A DNA stretch of 64,000 bases from Octopus sinensis. Taxonomy: Eukaryota. Location: contig NC_042997.1 in NCBI RefSeq assembly GCF_006345805.1, forward strand, positions 21,948,001 through 22,012,000, written 5' to 3'. The translations under genes were made by a program, and so were the position numbers. Below the pieces are notes generated by a model. That model saw only the letters and a list, made by a program, of their open reading frames with translations, ran no database searches and was not told where the DNA came from. Shown here one piece after another: positions 54,267 through 64,000 of the stretch. Numbering within the stretch: the stretch's first letter is position 1; each line of letters begins with the position of its first letter.

Positions 54267-55099
54267 AAACTCTACAGTAGAGGTCAGCAAACCATTGCAG
54301 ATGTGAATCGGTTTGGGAATGGTTTTATCTTGCACGTCAAAGCGAAGACTTTGAAATTATAGGCGCATAAAGCTATAAAAACAGTTTTTGCTTTTTTAAC
54401 TTTACCTGTTGTGCTGACTGAATTGCTACTCAATGATTAACAAAAATAAATTTATATGTGCCATGTATGTCACGTATATGGTGAAAAATAAAAAACATTT
54501 TTAATTAGGTTGAATGGGGAAAGAATGTAGCTTTAGAGTAAATGTGGCAAGAGCTACTTTTCCTGATTTGCAGTTCTTTTCTTAGAATCGATTATTCAGA
54601 TAAGCTATATTGTGACAGTATATAAGACGTTGCTGTTCTTTGCTGTCCCATTCTTTTAAGAAAGCCGAAACATTTTTGCCTAACATCTCACTCATTCTTG
54701 ACCAAGTGGAGTAATCTCCCTTCTCTTTGTTATATTAAACATTGACTAATTGTAAACAAAAGCAAAAATAAGTCTTTTGCTCTAGATGTCGACGCTAAAT
54801 AATTATTATTGTTTTCGAACCAACTGCAGATAAGGAATACCAAGACGTTTTGTATGCAACGTGATATATTCAATGAAATCGGCAGGCAATATGAAGAGAC
54901 TGCAGGCTTGTTTTAACTCGCACACCGTAGTTTACTGGCTTGTGCTCAACGGTGTAATACAAAGAAATGAAAAAAAATCATACTCAATTATATGGTCGTT
55001 GCTTGCTTTCGTCATATGAGCCCATGTAATTGTGTTTGTTTAAGCAAGTATCAAGTGACTAAGAAAACAAATCTTTACTAGATAACAATGTATATACTT

Positions 55100-55150
<51 letters not shown>

Positions 55151-55186
55151 TACATACATACATACAAACATACATACATACATACA

Positions 55187-55218
<32 letters not shown>

Positions 55219-55534
55219 GGAGCACTCCGTCGGTTACGACGACGGGGGTCACAGCTGATACGATCAACGGAACAGCTTGCTCGTGAAATTAACGTGCAAG
55301 TGGCTAACCACTCCACAAACAAGTGTACCCTTAACGTAGTTCTCGGAGAGATTCAGCGTGACACAGAGTGTGACAAGGCTGGCCCTTTGAAATACAGGTA
55401 CAACTCATTTTTGCCAGCTGAGTGAACTGGAGCAACGTGAAATAAAGTGTCTTGCTCAAGGACACAACGCACCGCTGGGAATTGAACTCACAACCTTAAA
55501 GTCATGAGCCGAATGCCCCTAACCACTAAACACG
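55219..55534 (-). mobile_element. SINE family B copy
   Basis: Near-identical to 34697-34987 and preceded by (TACA)n. Confidence 0.85.
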
Positions 55535-56319
55535 TTCGTATACTCACAAACGTGAAGGACCTCTGCTGCGGTGATTTCGTAGAAAAATAAAGTGTCCTAC
55601 TAGATACTGTATTTGAAATGTGTTTGAAAATACGCCGAACTGGCCCGTGAATGAAGTTATCAGACTGTAGGATACGTTATTTTATGTTGTTTCGCAGTTA
55701 TACGATTCTGAATCTGTCGTTCATAAATCATTAAAAACTCCCGTTTTTATATGTAAACAACAAATAATAAATTTGCTGGCATATGCAAAGCTTTGACATG
55801 TTGTATTTAAATAATTAAGGAAGCATTAAGCAGTGATGGTTAAAATAAAGTTAGGTATATTTAACACGTTCGTATACACTAAAACGTGAAAATTGTCTGA
55901 GAAGAAAAATATTCTTTATGGACAACGTGTGTGAAAACACATCGACAATTAACAATACAATTTTCAGAAAGATCAACTTCAACGAAATTGATTATGAAAA
56001 ACAAATTATTAATAGAATGAGTCAGGGAGACTTCGGCAATTATTTGCATAAGTATTAAGTGAAACAGCGTGTTAGGTTTTAGACTATTTCCTGTTAATAA
56101 GCTAAGTGATAACGGTAATTTGAACATACATTTGTCATATAGCTGTCACCAGGGACAATTACTCAAATGTTTGAATATCAACAGCGGGTTGGGGGCAAAG
56201 AGGGAGAAAAATAGACTGCAGTTTTACATTTAGAATTAAGTTAGGAAAAGAAAATATTTATATACAACAGTCACTAGACAGACGTCAGCAAATGCAAGCG
56301 CGCCAACGCACAAACGCAG

Positions 56320-56339
56320 ACACAAACACACACACACAC

Positions 56340-56407
<68 letters not shown>

Positions 56408-56426
56408 CACACATACACACAGTCAC

Positions 56427-56486
<60 letters not shown>
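56320..56486. repeat. (CA)n plus (GATA)n microsatellite
   Basis: Direct reading. Confidence 0.95.
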
Positions 56487-56506
<20 letters not shown>

Positions 56507-56904
56507 TTGTAGGTACATACAAACAAACATACATGCATACGTATATACATACGTATAAATATAGTTATATTCACTGTACGCATCTGATACTTCATTAAAT
56601 AGCAAATGCCAGCTATATATTATACTTAACTTACATTCACTAGTGATATTCTGCGGTGATTTTTATCTATTAGAAAATATTTGCAAAGTTGTGTTATGTT
56701 AAAAATACAAAATAAATCGGAGCCAGACCCATTTCGCCCATCTTGGTGCTTGTCAGTGATGTATATCTGTAGTTACACGCCTAGACAAGATCATTATTCG
56801 TCATTATATATTTCCTGTGGTCACTTCCCAACTTGCTCTCCATATGGCCATTGAGGTTTATATACTCATGAGCTTTTAATACTGAAGCAGCTTTTAGATG
56901 TAGT

Positions 56905-57280
56905 GGCACTCCGTCGGATACGACGACAATGGTTCCAGTTGATCCGATCAACAGAACAGCCTGCTCGTGAAATTAACCTGCAAGTGGCTGAGCATTCCAC
57001 AGACACGTGTACCCTTAAAGTAGTTCTCGGGGGAGATTCAGCGTGACACAGTGTGACAAGGATGGCCCTTTGAAATACAGGTACAACAGAAACAGGAAGA
57101 TAGAGTGAGAGAAAGTTATGGTGAAAGAGTACAGCAGGGTTCGCCACCACCCCTACCGGAGGCTCGTGGAGCTTTAAGTGTTTTCGCTCAATAAACACTC
57201 ACAACGCTCGGTCTGGGAATCGAAACCGCGACCCTACGACCGCGAGTCCGCTGCCCTAACCACTAGGCCATTGCGCCTCC
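56905..57280 (-). mobile_element. Full-length tRNA(Arg)-like SINE, family B long form, with TSD
   Basis: Head ggaggcgcaatggcctagtggttagggcagcggacTCGcggtcgtagggtcgcggtttcgattccc; 16-bp TSD agcttttagat(g/a)tagt at 56889 and 57281 (15/16). Confidence 0.9.
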
Positions 57281-57890
57281 AGCTTTTAGATATAGTTGCT
57301 TGAAAAAGCCAGAATGACAGTAGTATCATTCCATTCAATCTACTCAAGTGCTTGACTAACATGTTTTATTCCTTTCTCAGAGATATAAAGAGAAGTTATC
57401 TCAACATGATTTGAACTCAAAACATAGATGATAAGAAGTAAAACAACACAACCTATTTTTGAACGATATAAACGAATCTGTTAATCCACTTTTTTCTGTG
57501 TGTTTTACAACCTCCTCTTTTATTCCCCAACAATTTTCAGTTCTTCTATCATATGTTTTTTTTTTTTTCTTCTCTCCTATTACTTCCAATCTATCCGCTA
57601 TTACCCAAAAGAATATCAATCTCCGAGTCAGATTTTCCGCTTCACACAATGACAAACAAATTTATTTTGCTTCTGAAATATTTCTGCAAAAACTGTTTAC
57701 CAATGAAGACCGTCACTATATTCCTACGATCCTTCTGTTTACTTAATTTCTGTTGAGGAAATCCACTTCCTGTTTCTAACCTAGAAACAAAGGCCCGTCA
57801 TTGCATATACGTTTCTAGAGTGGATGTAACATCAAGTGTATTGTACATGGAAGTATATACAACTATATTGTATGTGTTTGAGTGAGTGAA

Positions 57891-57949
<59 letters not shown>

Positions 57950-59173
57950 ATATATGCAAGTAATATTTCTTCATCAATTCTTGGAATTCTTAGTACAAAG
58001 AAGGGGTTGGTTTCTAAGAAAGAATCAAAATTCTGTCGCTAGAATTTAGATAAAAGCAACAACAAGCAGTTTCATGTTGATTTTTATTTTCTTTCAGAAA
58101 AATTCGTGCATATTTTTAGTGTTCTATTTGCAGATTCAATTTGCAACGCGTGTGTTACGTAGTGACATTTTTATGTAGTGGCATTTTTTACCAGAAATCC
58201 TAGCTTTTCGAGATTACTGCTTATTACTAGTAACACAATAATTGCACCAACAATTACGTGTAAAAATGTAAGTTTATAATGTAGATAGAGAAGGCACGTC
58301 TTTCAAAGCAGATGATCATAAATATTCTTTCTCACTAAGTTTGAAAACTGACTATTATTTTTGTTGTTGTTGTTTTGTTTTGTTGTCTGAAATAACTGTG
58401 TCACGCGTGTTATGTTTGCCTTTGGGGTAAATGTTCCTGCGATTATTCCATCAATATTCCTAGTGTCAAGACTAATCAAAAATATTTTCTCCGTCTGTCC
58501 CATGCAGTGTTTCCTTCAGATAGTATCAGCAGACGCTGAATGACATTTTGAGAAGTTTCTGATCATATGTGTAATATTTTTCCCTGATATGTGAACTACT
58601 AATTTCGGTCACTTCTTGCTTTATAACTATTTCCTGCTCTTGGATTGCGGAAGCATAACCTTCAAATGAGATGCAATGGCCACGAGTCCAAGAAAAGTTA
58701 CACTACCTGTAAATGTCAACATTATCTTGTTATAGAAACATACTCAGACATAACTTCATTATACAGAATATTCTTGACGCTGTACTAGACCAGCAGTTCT
58801 GGAGTTGGGGTCGCATGAAGCGTCATTCGAAACTGAGTGCTTTTGGGGCAATTCCTTCCATACACGTAAAATATTGTTTGTTTTCTTCACGTTTGAGCCC
58901 TTGGTTAATGTAATTTTCGTTAATGCTGTTTGGTAAATGCTGCCTTATACAACTCGTCACAAAAAAATCGTCTGGACTGATCTTAATTTGTTTCCTTTAT
59001 ATTTCGAATATATTATTATCTGTGTATCTATAAAAGGTAGGATGTGTGTGTGTGTGCGCGCGCGTTCATCAAAAATAAAAATGTAATTTTTTTTCTTAGT
59101 CTTCAAATTTAGGATGTTTTTGAAAGAGACTATATTTTATAATCAGATTGTATATTTTTTCTCACACAACAAT

Positions 59174-59573
59174 TACTCTTTTACTTGTTTCAGTCATTTG
59201 ACTGTGGCCATGCACCGCCTCTAGTTGAGCAAATCGACCCCAAGACTTATTCTTTGTGAGCCTAGTACGTATTCTATCGGTTTCTTTTGCCAAACCGCTA
59301 AGTTACGGGGACGTAAACACACCAGCATCGGTTGTCAAGCGATGTTGGTGGGGACAAACACAGACACACAAACTTATACATACACATACATATATATATA
59401 TGCATATATACGACAGGCTTCTTTCAGTTTCCGTCTACCAAATCCACTCACGAGGCTTTGGTCGACCTGAGGCTATAGTAGAAGACACTTTCACAAAGTG
59501 CCACGCAGTGGAACTTAACCCGGAACCATTTGGTTGGTAAGCAAGCTACTTACCACACAGTCACTCCTACGCC
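59174..59573 (-). mobile_element. SINE family C copy
   Basis: Matches the family consensus. Confidence 0.85.
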
Positions 59574-59605
59574 TATTAATATATTTATTTTAAATCACTT
59601 ATTTA

Positions 59606-59629
59606 TCTATTTATCTATAAAAGGCAGAA

Positions 59630-59661
<32 letters not shown>

Positions 59662-61358
59662 TGTGTGTGTGTGCATGTGTGTGTGTGTATGTGTGTGTGT
59701 ACGTGAATGTAATTTATGCACGTCCACGAATGAGTACGCATGTCGCTCCAATTTTAAGACATTGGTCACGATCATGGCTGTGTTTTTATCAACTTGTTTT
59801 CCCCGAGGCACCCACGAATAGTGGTAAAATTCGATTTTCAACCACAACTTTTACCAATGTCCACGTCGGTGAAATCCGTAAGTTTGCTAATATGAGTTAA
59901 GTCACCTGTCTAGCAATGGCGAGAAAGAAAAACAAAGGGTAAATTCTTAGATTAACACCCGTACGATTTTCACTAAGAAAAAAGAAAAAAACTCGACCTC
60001 CTAATATGCTGCAAATCCCTTATTTTGGTTCGGAAAAAAGGGGGGTAGGGCGAGGGGGACACCCCTCCAGTCCGGAATCATGGGAATTTTTTTCGTAGAT
60101 TGAATTCCTGTGACCTCCTAATGTGCTACAAACCGTTTTGGGGGTCCGAGAAACGGGGTGGGGTGAGGTTGAAGCTTCGGAAATGTCACCCCCACCCCCA
60201 TTGATCTTTTCACCTATACGATTTACACTAAAAAAAAAAATTAAAATCGAATTTTTTTGTGTGAAATCAAGTACCCTGACCTCCCAATATGCTGCAAATC
60301 CCTTGTTTTCGTTCGGGAAAAAAAGGTTGGGGCGAGGCCTCACCCCCAATCCCGGAAGCATTGGGATTTTTTTTTTCGTTGAACGAATTCCTGTGACCTT
60401 CTATGCTACAAAACCCTTTTTGGTTCCGAAAAACGGGGTGAGGTGAGGTTGAAGCCTCGGATATTTTACCCACTCTCAACATTTTACAGAAATAAATTTT
60501 CCAGAGTGTGAATTATATATATATATAATAGCGTTCTAACCTTCGATGCAGATCTCCGAGGCAACCTTCCCCAATGTATATCTTCGATGCAGCCTTGACC
60601 GATAGTACCCGTAGGCGGGGTTATGTCTAGATTGGGATTAGTCGCTGCCTTTCAGAGGCTTCTGAGCTCTTTTGGGCATTCTATTTTTCTTGCTGGAAGG
60701 GCTCCCAACCCATGGGCCAAGTGAGGGGGTTATATAATAGGGGTGGTGGTTTCGAAAGAACGAGCATGTGCAACCTGATCACCTCCGTCGGTCAAACTCC
60801 CAACCCATGCATTCCCGATGCGACACTGATTATGCAGAACTGGGTCGGGTGTGAAAACCAACTTTAAAGTATAAATATAGATTTTTTTGAATCAGCAATG
60901 TTGTATTCAGTTAAGTCCTATTTGGGGTGAAAAATCAATAAACTGATTCCTTATGGGGTTTTCCATTCAATCAGGGTGAAAAATCGATAAACCGATTCCT
61001 CATAGGATTTCTCACTAAAATTGGCTACACCCCACTTTTAACCATAACGTTTACCAATTTTGATGTATTTTGTTCAAACTTGATGCCAGTGTTACTTAGG
61101 ACTCATGGGATCTTTGAATGCTTTAAGTTCTCCAACAAAAAATAACAATCGATGAGTGGAAAAATCGATAAACCGTTTCCTTATGGGATTTCCCAATCTA
61201 ATTGTCTACAACCCATTGTCTGCAGCCAAACTTTTACCAATTTCAACAGATTTCGCTCAAATTTGACGTCAGTGTTACTTAGTTTGGTTTGAAACAAAGC
61301 GCTTGATTAGCTTAATTTTCCTAACTTAATCCCGAACAACGCCGGGCTATACTGTTAG
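59606..61358 (+). mobile_element. Probable non-autonomous Helitron-like element with internal tandem repeats
   Basis: 5' end A|TCtatttatctataaaaggcagaat(GT)n, with a similar 5' motif at 59019. 3' end has a cccg-aacaacgc-cggg hairpin followed by TTAG|T (CTAG-like). No TSD. Internal ~283-bp duplication (59996 and 60279) and three aaaaatcgataaaccgattcc-like units. Confidence 0.5.
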
Positions 61359-62194
61359 TATTTAATATAACTATCCCGCTGGAATCTTTCTATTGATATC
61401 AGGATCATAGACGCTTCTGTTTATTTCCTCTGTTGACCGATCAAGTATTCAAGCTATAGTACAGTGTGTTTGTGTATGAGATAAAGAGAGAGAGTGTGTG
61501 TGTGTCTGTGTGTGTCCATGTGCACATATACGTAATACACATGCACAAAGGTATCAGCAGTTGCCTGAAAATATCATTAAGGTACTACTTCCTGATGCGA
61601 CATGCACTTGTCTCTAAAACAATATTGAATGCCATCGGAGAAAAATACTATCCTGGGATAAATATAGGTAATTTTCCTGTTATTAAATACATACATAGAC
61701 AACTACACAAAGGATATTGGTAGAACATTCATTTCAAAACGTCTACCAAGTGCAACCATAACAGACCGGATATAGTTGTTTGAAGTAGACAAGAAAGGTA
61801 TGTCCCGTCATAGAAGCCAGCAGCACTGCTGTTGTGAGGAAAACTGAAGAGAAAGAGAATGATTAAAGACAACTGTTTCGAAGCCTTCAGCTTCAATACC
61901 CTAATTATAATATATACGCTTGATTTTATTAGTAAATGCCTATCTAGATAAGCTAGGATTTTCAGAAAAAGAACTCAACCAGCTAATACGCACATTACAT
62001 ACAGAATATATAAGTGTTACAGTAAAAATGTACAAGACTTTTCACAAGTTCAAGATATTTCATTGTCTTATAAGCTACATTCCAACAGTGGAGATTTGAG
62101 TCTTTGTTGATATCCAGCTCCTTCCTTACAAGAAGACTTCAACTAATCAAAAATAGAAAGAATATACATACATACAAACACACATAGCTACATA

Positions 62195-62200
62195 GATAGG

Positions 62201-62287
<87 letters not shown>

Positions 62288-62296
62288 ATAGATATG

Positions 62297-62365
<69 letters not shown>
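62195..62365. repeat. (GATA)n plus (TA)n microsatellite
   Basis: Direct reading. Confidence 0.95.
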
Positions 62366-62370
<5 letters not shown>

Positions 62371-62487
62371 CACACACTATATATATATATTATAAAATAT
62401 TATTAGAGACAAAACCACTATTTTGCAAAACAAACAAGGAAAGACTTAATCAATACATAAAATTTTAATAAATAGTCAAAAAAACCG

Positions 62488-62530
62488 CCACTACAATTGT
62501 TTCTTGTCTTGATCGACAATCTTCAGGTGG
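62488..62530 (-). ncRNA. Complete minimal type I hammerhead ribozyme (copy 1 of 3)
   Basis: CCAC-CUGAAGA-UUGUC-gaucaa-GACAA-GAA-ACAAUUGU-A-GUGG; identical to 62881-62923. Confidence 0.8.
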
Positions 62531-62604
62531 ACTTCCAAGAAAGGTGTTCTGTTAATCGTATCAGCTGTGACCCTCGTCGTCGTAACCGACGGAGTGCTCC
62601 TCTA

Positions 62605-62637
<33 letters not shown>

Positions 62638-62818
62638 AATAATAAATATTAGGGAATAAATCCAAATTTACAGGGAAAAAAAATCAGATTTAGGATTAAA
62701 TCCAATTTTATAGTAAAATATTATAAAATATTATTAGAGACAAAACCACTATTTTGCAAAACAAACAAGGAAAGACTTAATCAATACATAAAATTTTAAT
62801 AAATAGTCAAAAAAACCG

Positions 62819-62861
62819 CCACTACAATTGTTTCTTGTCTTGATCGACAATCTTCAGGTGG
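62819..62861 (-). ncRNA. Complete minimal type I hammerhead ribozyme (copy 2 of 3)
   Basis: Same 43 nt as copies 1 and 3; left arm of the palindrome. Confidence 0.8.
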
Positions 62862-62880
62862 ACTTCGACTTATTGGAAGT

Positions 62881-62923
62881 CCACCTGAAGATTGTCGATC
62901 AAGACAAGAAACAATTGTAGTGG
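62881..62923 (+). ncRNA. Complete minimal type I hammerhead ribozyme (copy 3 of 3)
   Basis: CCAC/GUGG stem I, CUGAAGA core, UUGUC/GACAA stem II, GAAA, palindromic ACAAUUGU helix III. GUA cleavage after 62919. Confidence 0.8.
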
Positions 62924-63102
62924 CGGTTTTTTTTTGACTATTTATTAAAATTTTATGTATTGATTAAGTCTTTCCTTGTTTGTTTTGCAAAATAGTGGTT
63001 TTGTCTCTAATAATATTTTATAATATTTTACTATAAAATTGGATTTAATCCTAAATCTTATTTTTTTTCCCTGTAGATTTGGATTTATTCCCTAATATTT
63101 AT

Positions 63103-63139
<37 letters not shown>

Positions 63140-63352
63140 TAGTTCGTATTTGTATTTGGTTTGCAAGATTCAATAGTATATATATATATATATATATAAA
63201 ATAAATATAAGAGAGTGGTCACTATATGGCTCACTCTAGCACCAGTTAATCCAAAAGGTTTCAACCACAAAAATACATGTTTCCCATGAAAGTCAGTACG
63301 ATTGTTAGCTCACACGGACAGGGCAAATAAAAAATAACAAAAATACAGATTA

Positions 63353-63434
63353 TTTTGGGACAACTGTTTCGCTATTAATGAATTAAATGTAATTTTACTT
63401 ACAAAAAAATCCACTTGTAGCTCGTCAGCCAAAA
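63353..63434 (-). ncRNA. Type I hammerhead ribozyme with a 43-nt loop II (copy 1)
   Basis: UUUUGG-CUGACGA-GCUA-[43 nt]-UAGC-GAA-ACAGUUGU-C-CCAAAA: 6-bp stem I, canonical core, GUC triplet. Confidence 0.75.
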
Positions 63435-63887
63435 CTATCTGGATGAAATCCACTCAATCACACGCCAGATTTTACCATAACGATAAATACGCGTGTGGTT
63501 CAATTGATTACATCCGACGTTATAATTCAAATGCCCCAACTAACAGCGCGCCAAACTTTCACGGAAAACAAATACTGCATTTAGAAATAAATGCAGCATA
63601 ATTATAATTAATTAATAAGGGTGAGAGAATTAGATACTAATTTAATAGTATATCTATTCAACACCAAGTAGCCTAGTGCTCCGAGAAACCTGGATTATTA
63701 TAATATTTTATAATATATTATAATATTTTTACAAAATAAATATAAGAGAGTGGTCACTATATGGCTCACTCTAGCACCAGTTAATCCAAAAGGTTTCAAC
63801 CACAAAAATACATGTTTCCCATGAAAGTCAGTACGATTGTTAGCTCACACGGACAGGGCAAATAAAAAATAACAAAAATACAGATTA

Positions 63888-63969
63888 TTTTGGGACAATT
63901 GTTTCGCTATTAATGAATTAAATGTAATTTTACTTACAAAAAAATCCACTTGTAGCTCGTCAGCCAAAA
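63888..63969 (-). ncRNA. Type I hammerhead ribozyme with a 43-nt loop II (copy 2)
   Basis: Same as copy 1, but helix III is the perfect palindrome ACAAUUGU. Confidence 0.78.
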
Positions 63970-64000
63970 CTATCTGGATGAAATCCACTCAATCACACGC

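Larger units (their letters stand above)
62613..63132. repeat. ~250-bp-arm palindrome with a 9-nt spacer, (TA)n at both ends
   Basis: 62634-62866 versus the reverse complement of 62876-63110 differ by 2 substitutions and one homopolymer length (A7 vs T9). Spacer is gacttattg. Confidence 0.9.
63198..64000. repeat. 535-bp-period direct repeat running off the window edge
   Basis: 63198-63465 matches 63733-64000 with a single visible substitution (caactg vs caattg). Confidence 0.9.

Noticed and set aside
57205-57280. tRNA-like sequences here and at the heads of other SINEs
   Set aside because: They continue into SINE bodies with TSDs and lack a proper acceptor stem, so they are not tRNA genes.
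59996-61200. Recurring 20-35 bp motifs that might suggest a CRISPR-like array
   Set aside because: Eukaryotic context, spacers are themselves duplicated, spacing is irregular, and there are no cas genes.
61862-61902. Minus-strand GAAGC/GCUUC hairpin followed by GAAA-CAGUUG-UC
   Set aside because: No CUGANGA or covariant core precedes the hairpin, and there is no stem I.

Overview
This is AT-rich, microsatellite-dense eukaryotic DNA that looks intergenic or intronic. The SINE families resemble those of Octopus (coleoid cephalopods); that assignment is from recognition, not a search. I find no intact host protein-coding gene. The window is a patchwork of tRNA-derived SINEs (three families), decayed Tc1/mariner/Tigger DNA transposons and MITEs, LINE remnants (R4/Dong-like, Tx1/L1-like, RTE-like) and a probable non-autonomous Helitron. 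The main signal is absent from the ORF track: a set of minimal type I hammerhead ribozymes (HHRs), found by hand-folding. Seven have complete cores: 28236-28287(-), 30707-30800(-), 62488-62530(-), 62819-62861(-), 62881-62923(+), 63353-63434(-) and 63888-63969(-). Two more are core-mutated: 23649-23694(-) and 25201-25246(+). They fall into five sequence-unrelated families. Nearly all have a palindromic helix III that favours dimerisation, and all sit in fold-back or tandem units next to (TA)n/(AAT)n tracts. This architecture matches non-autonomous Penelope-like or retrozyme-type elements. Five complete HHRs cluster in the last 1.5 kb. One HHR carries a compensatory U3-A8 core pair, and two families have 43-57 nt insertions in loop II. 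Coordinates were counted by eye and old repeat boundaries are approximate. Activity is inferred, not shown.
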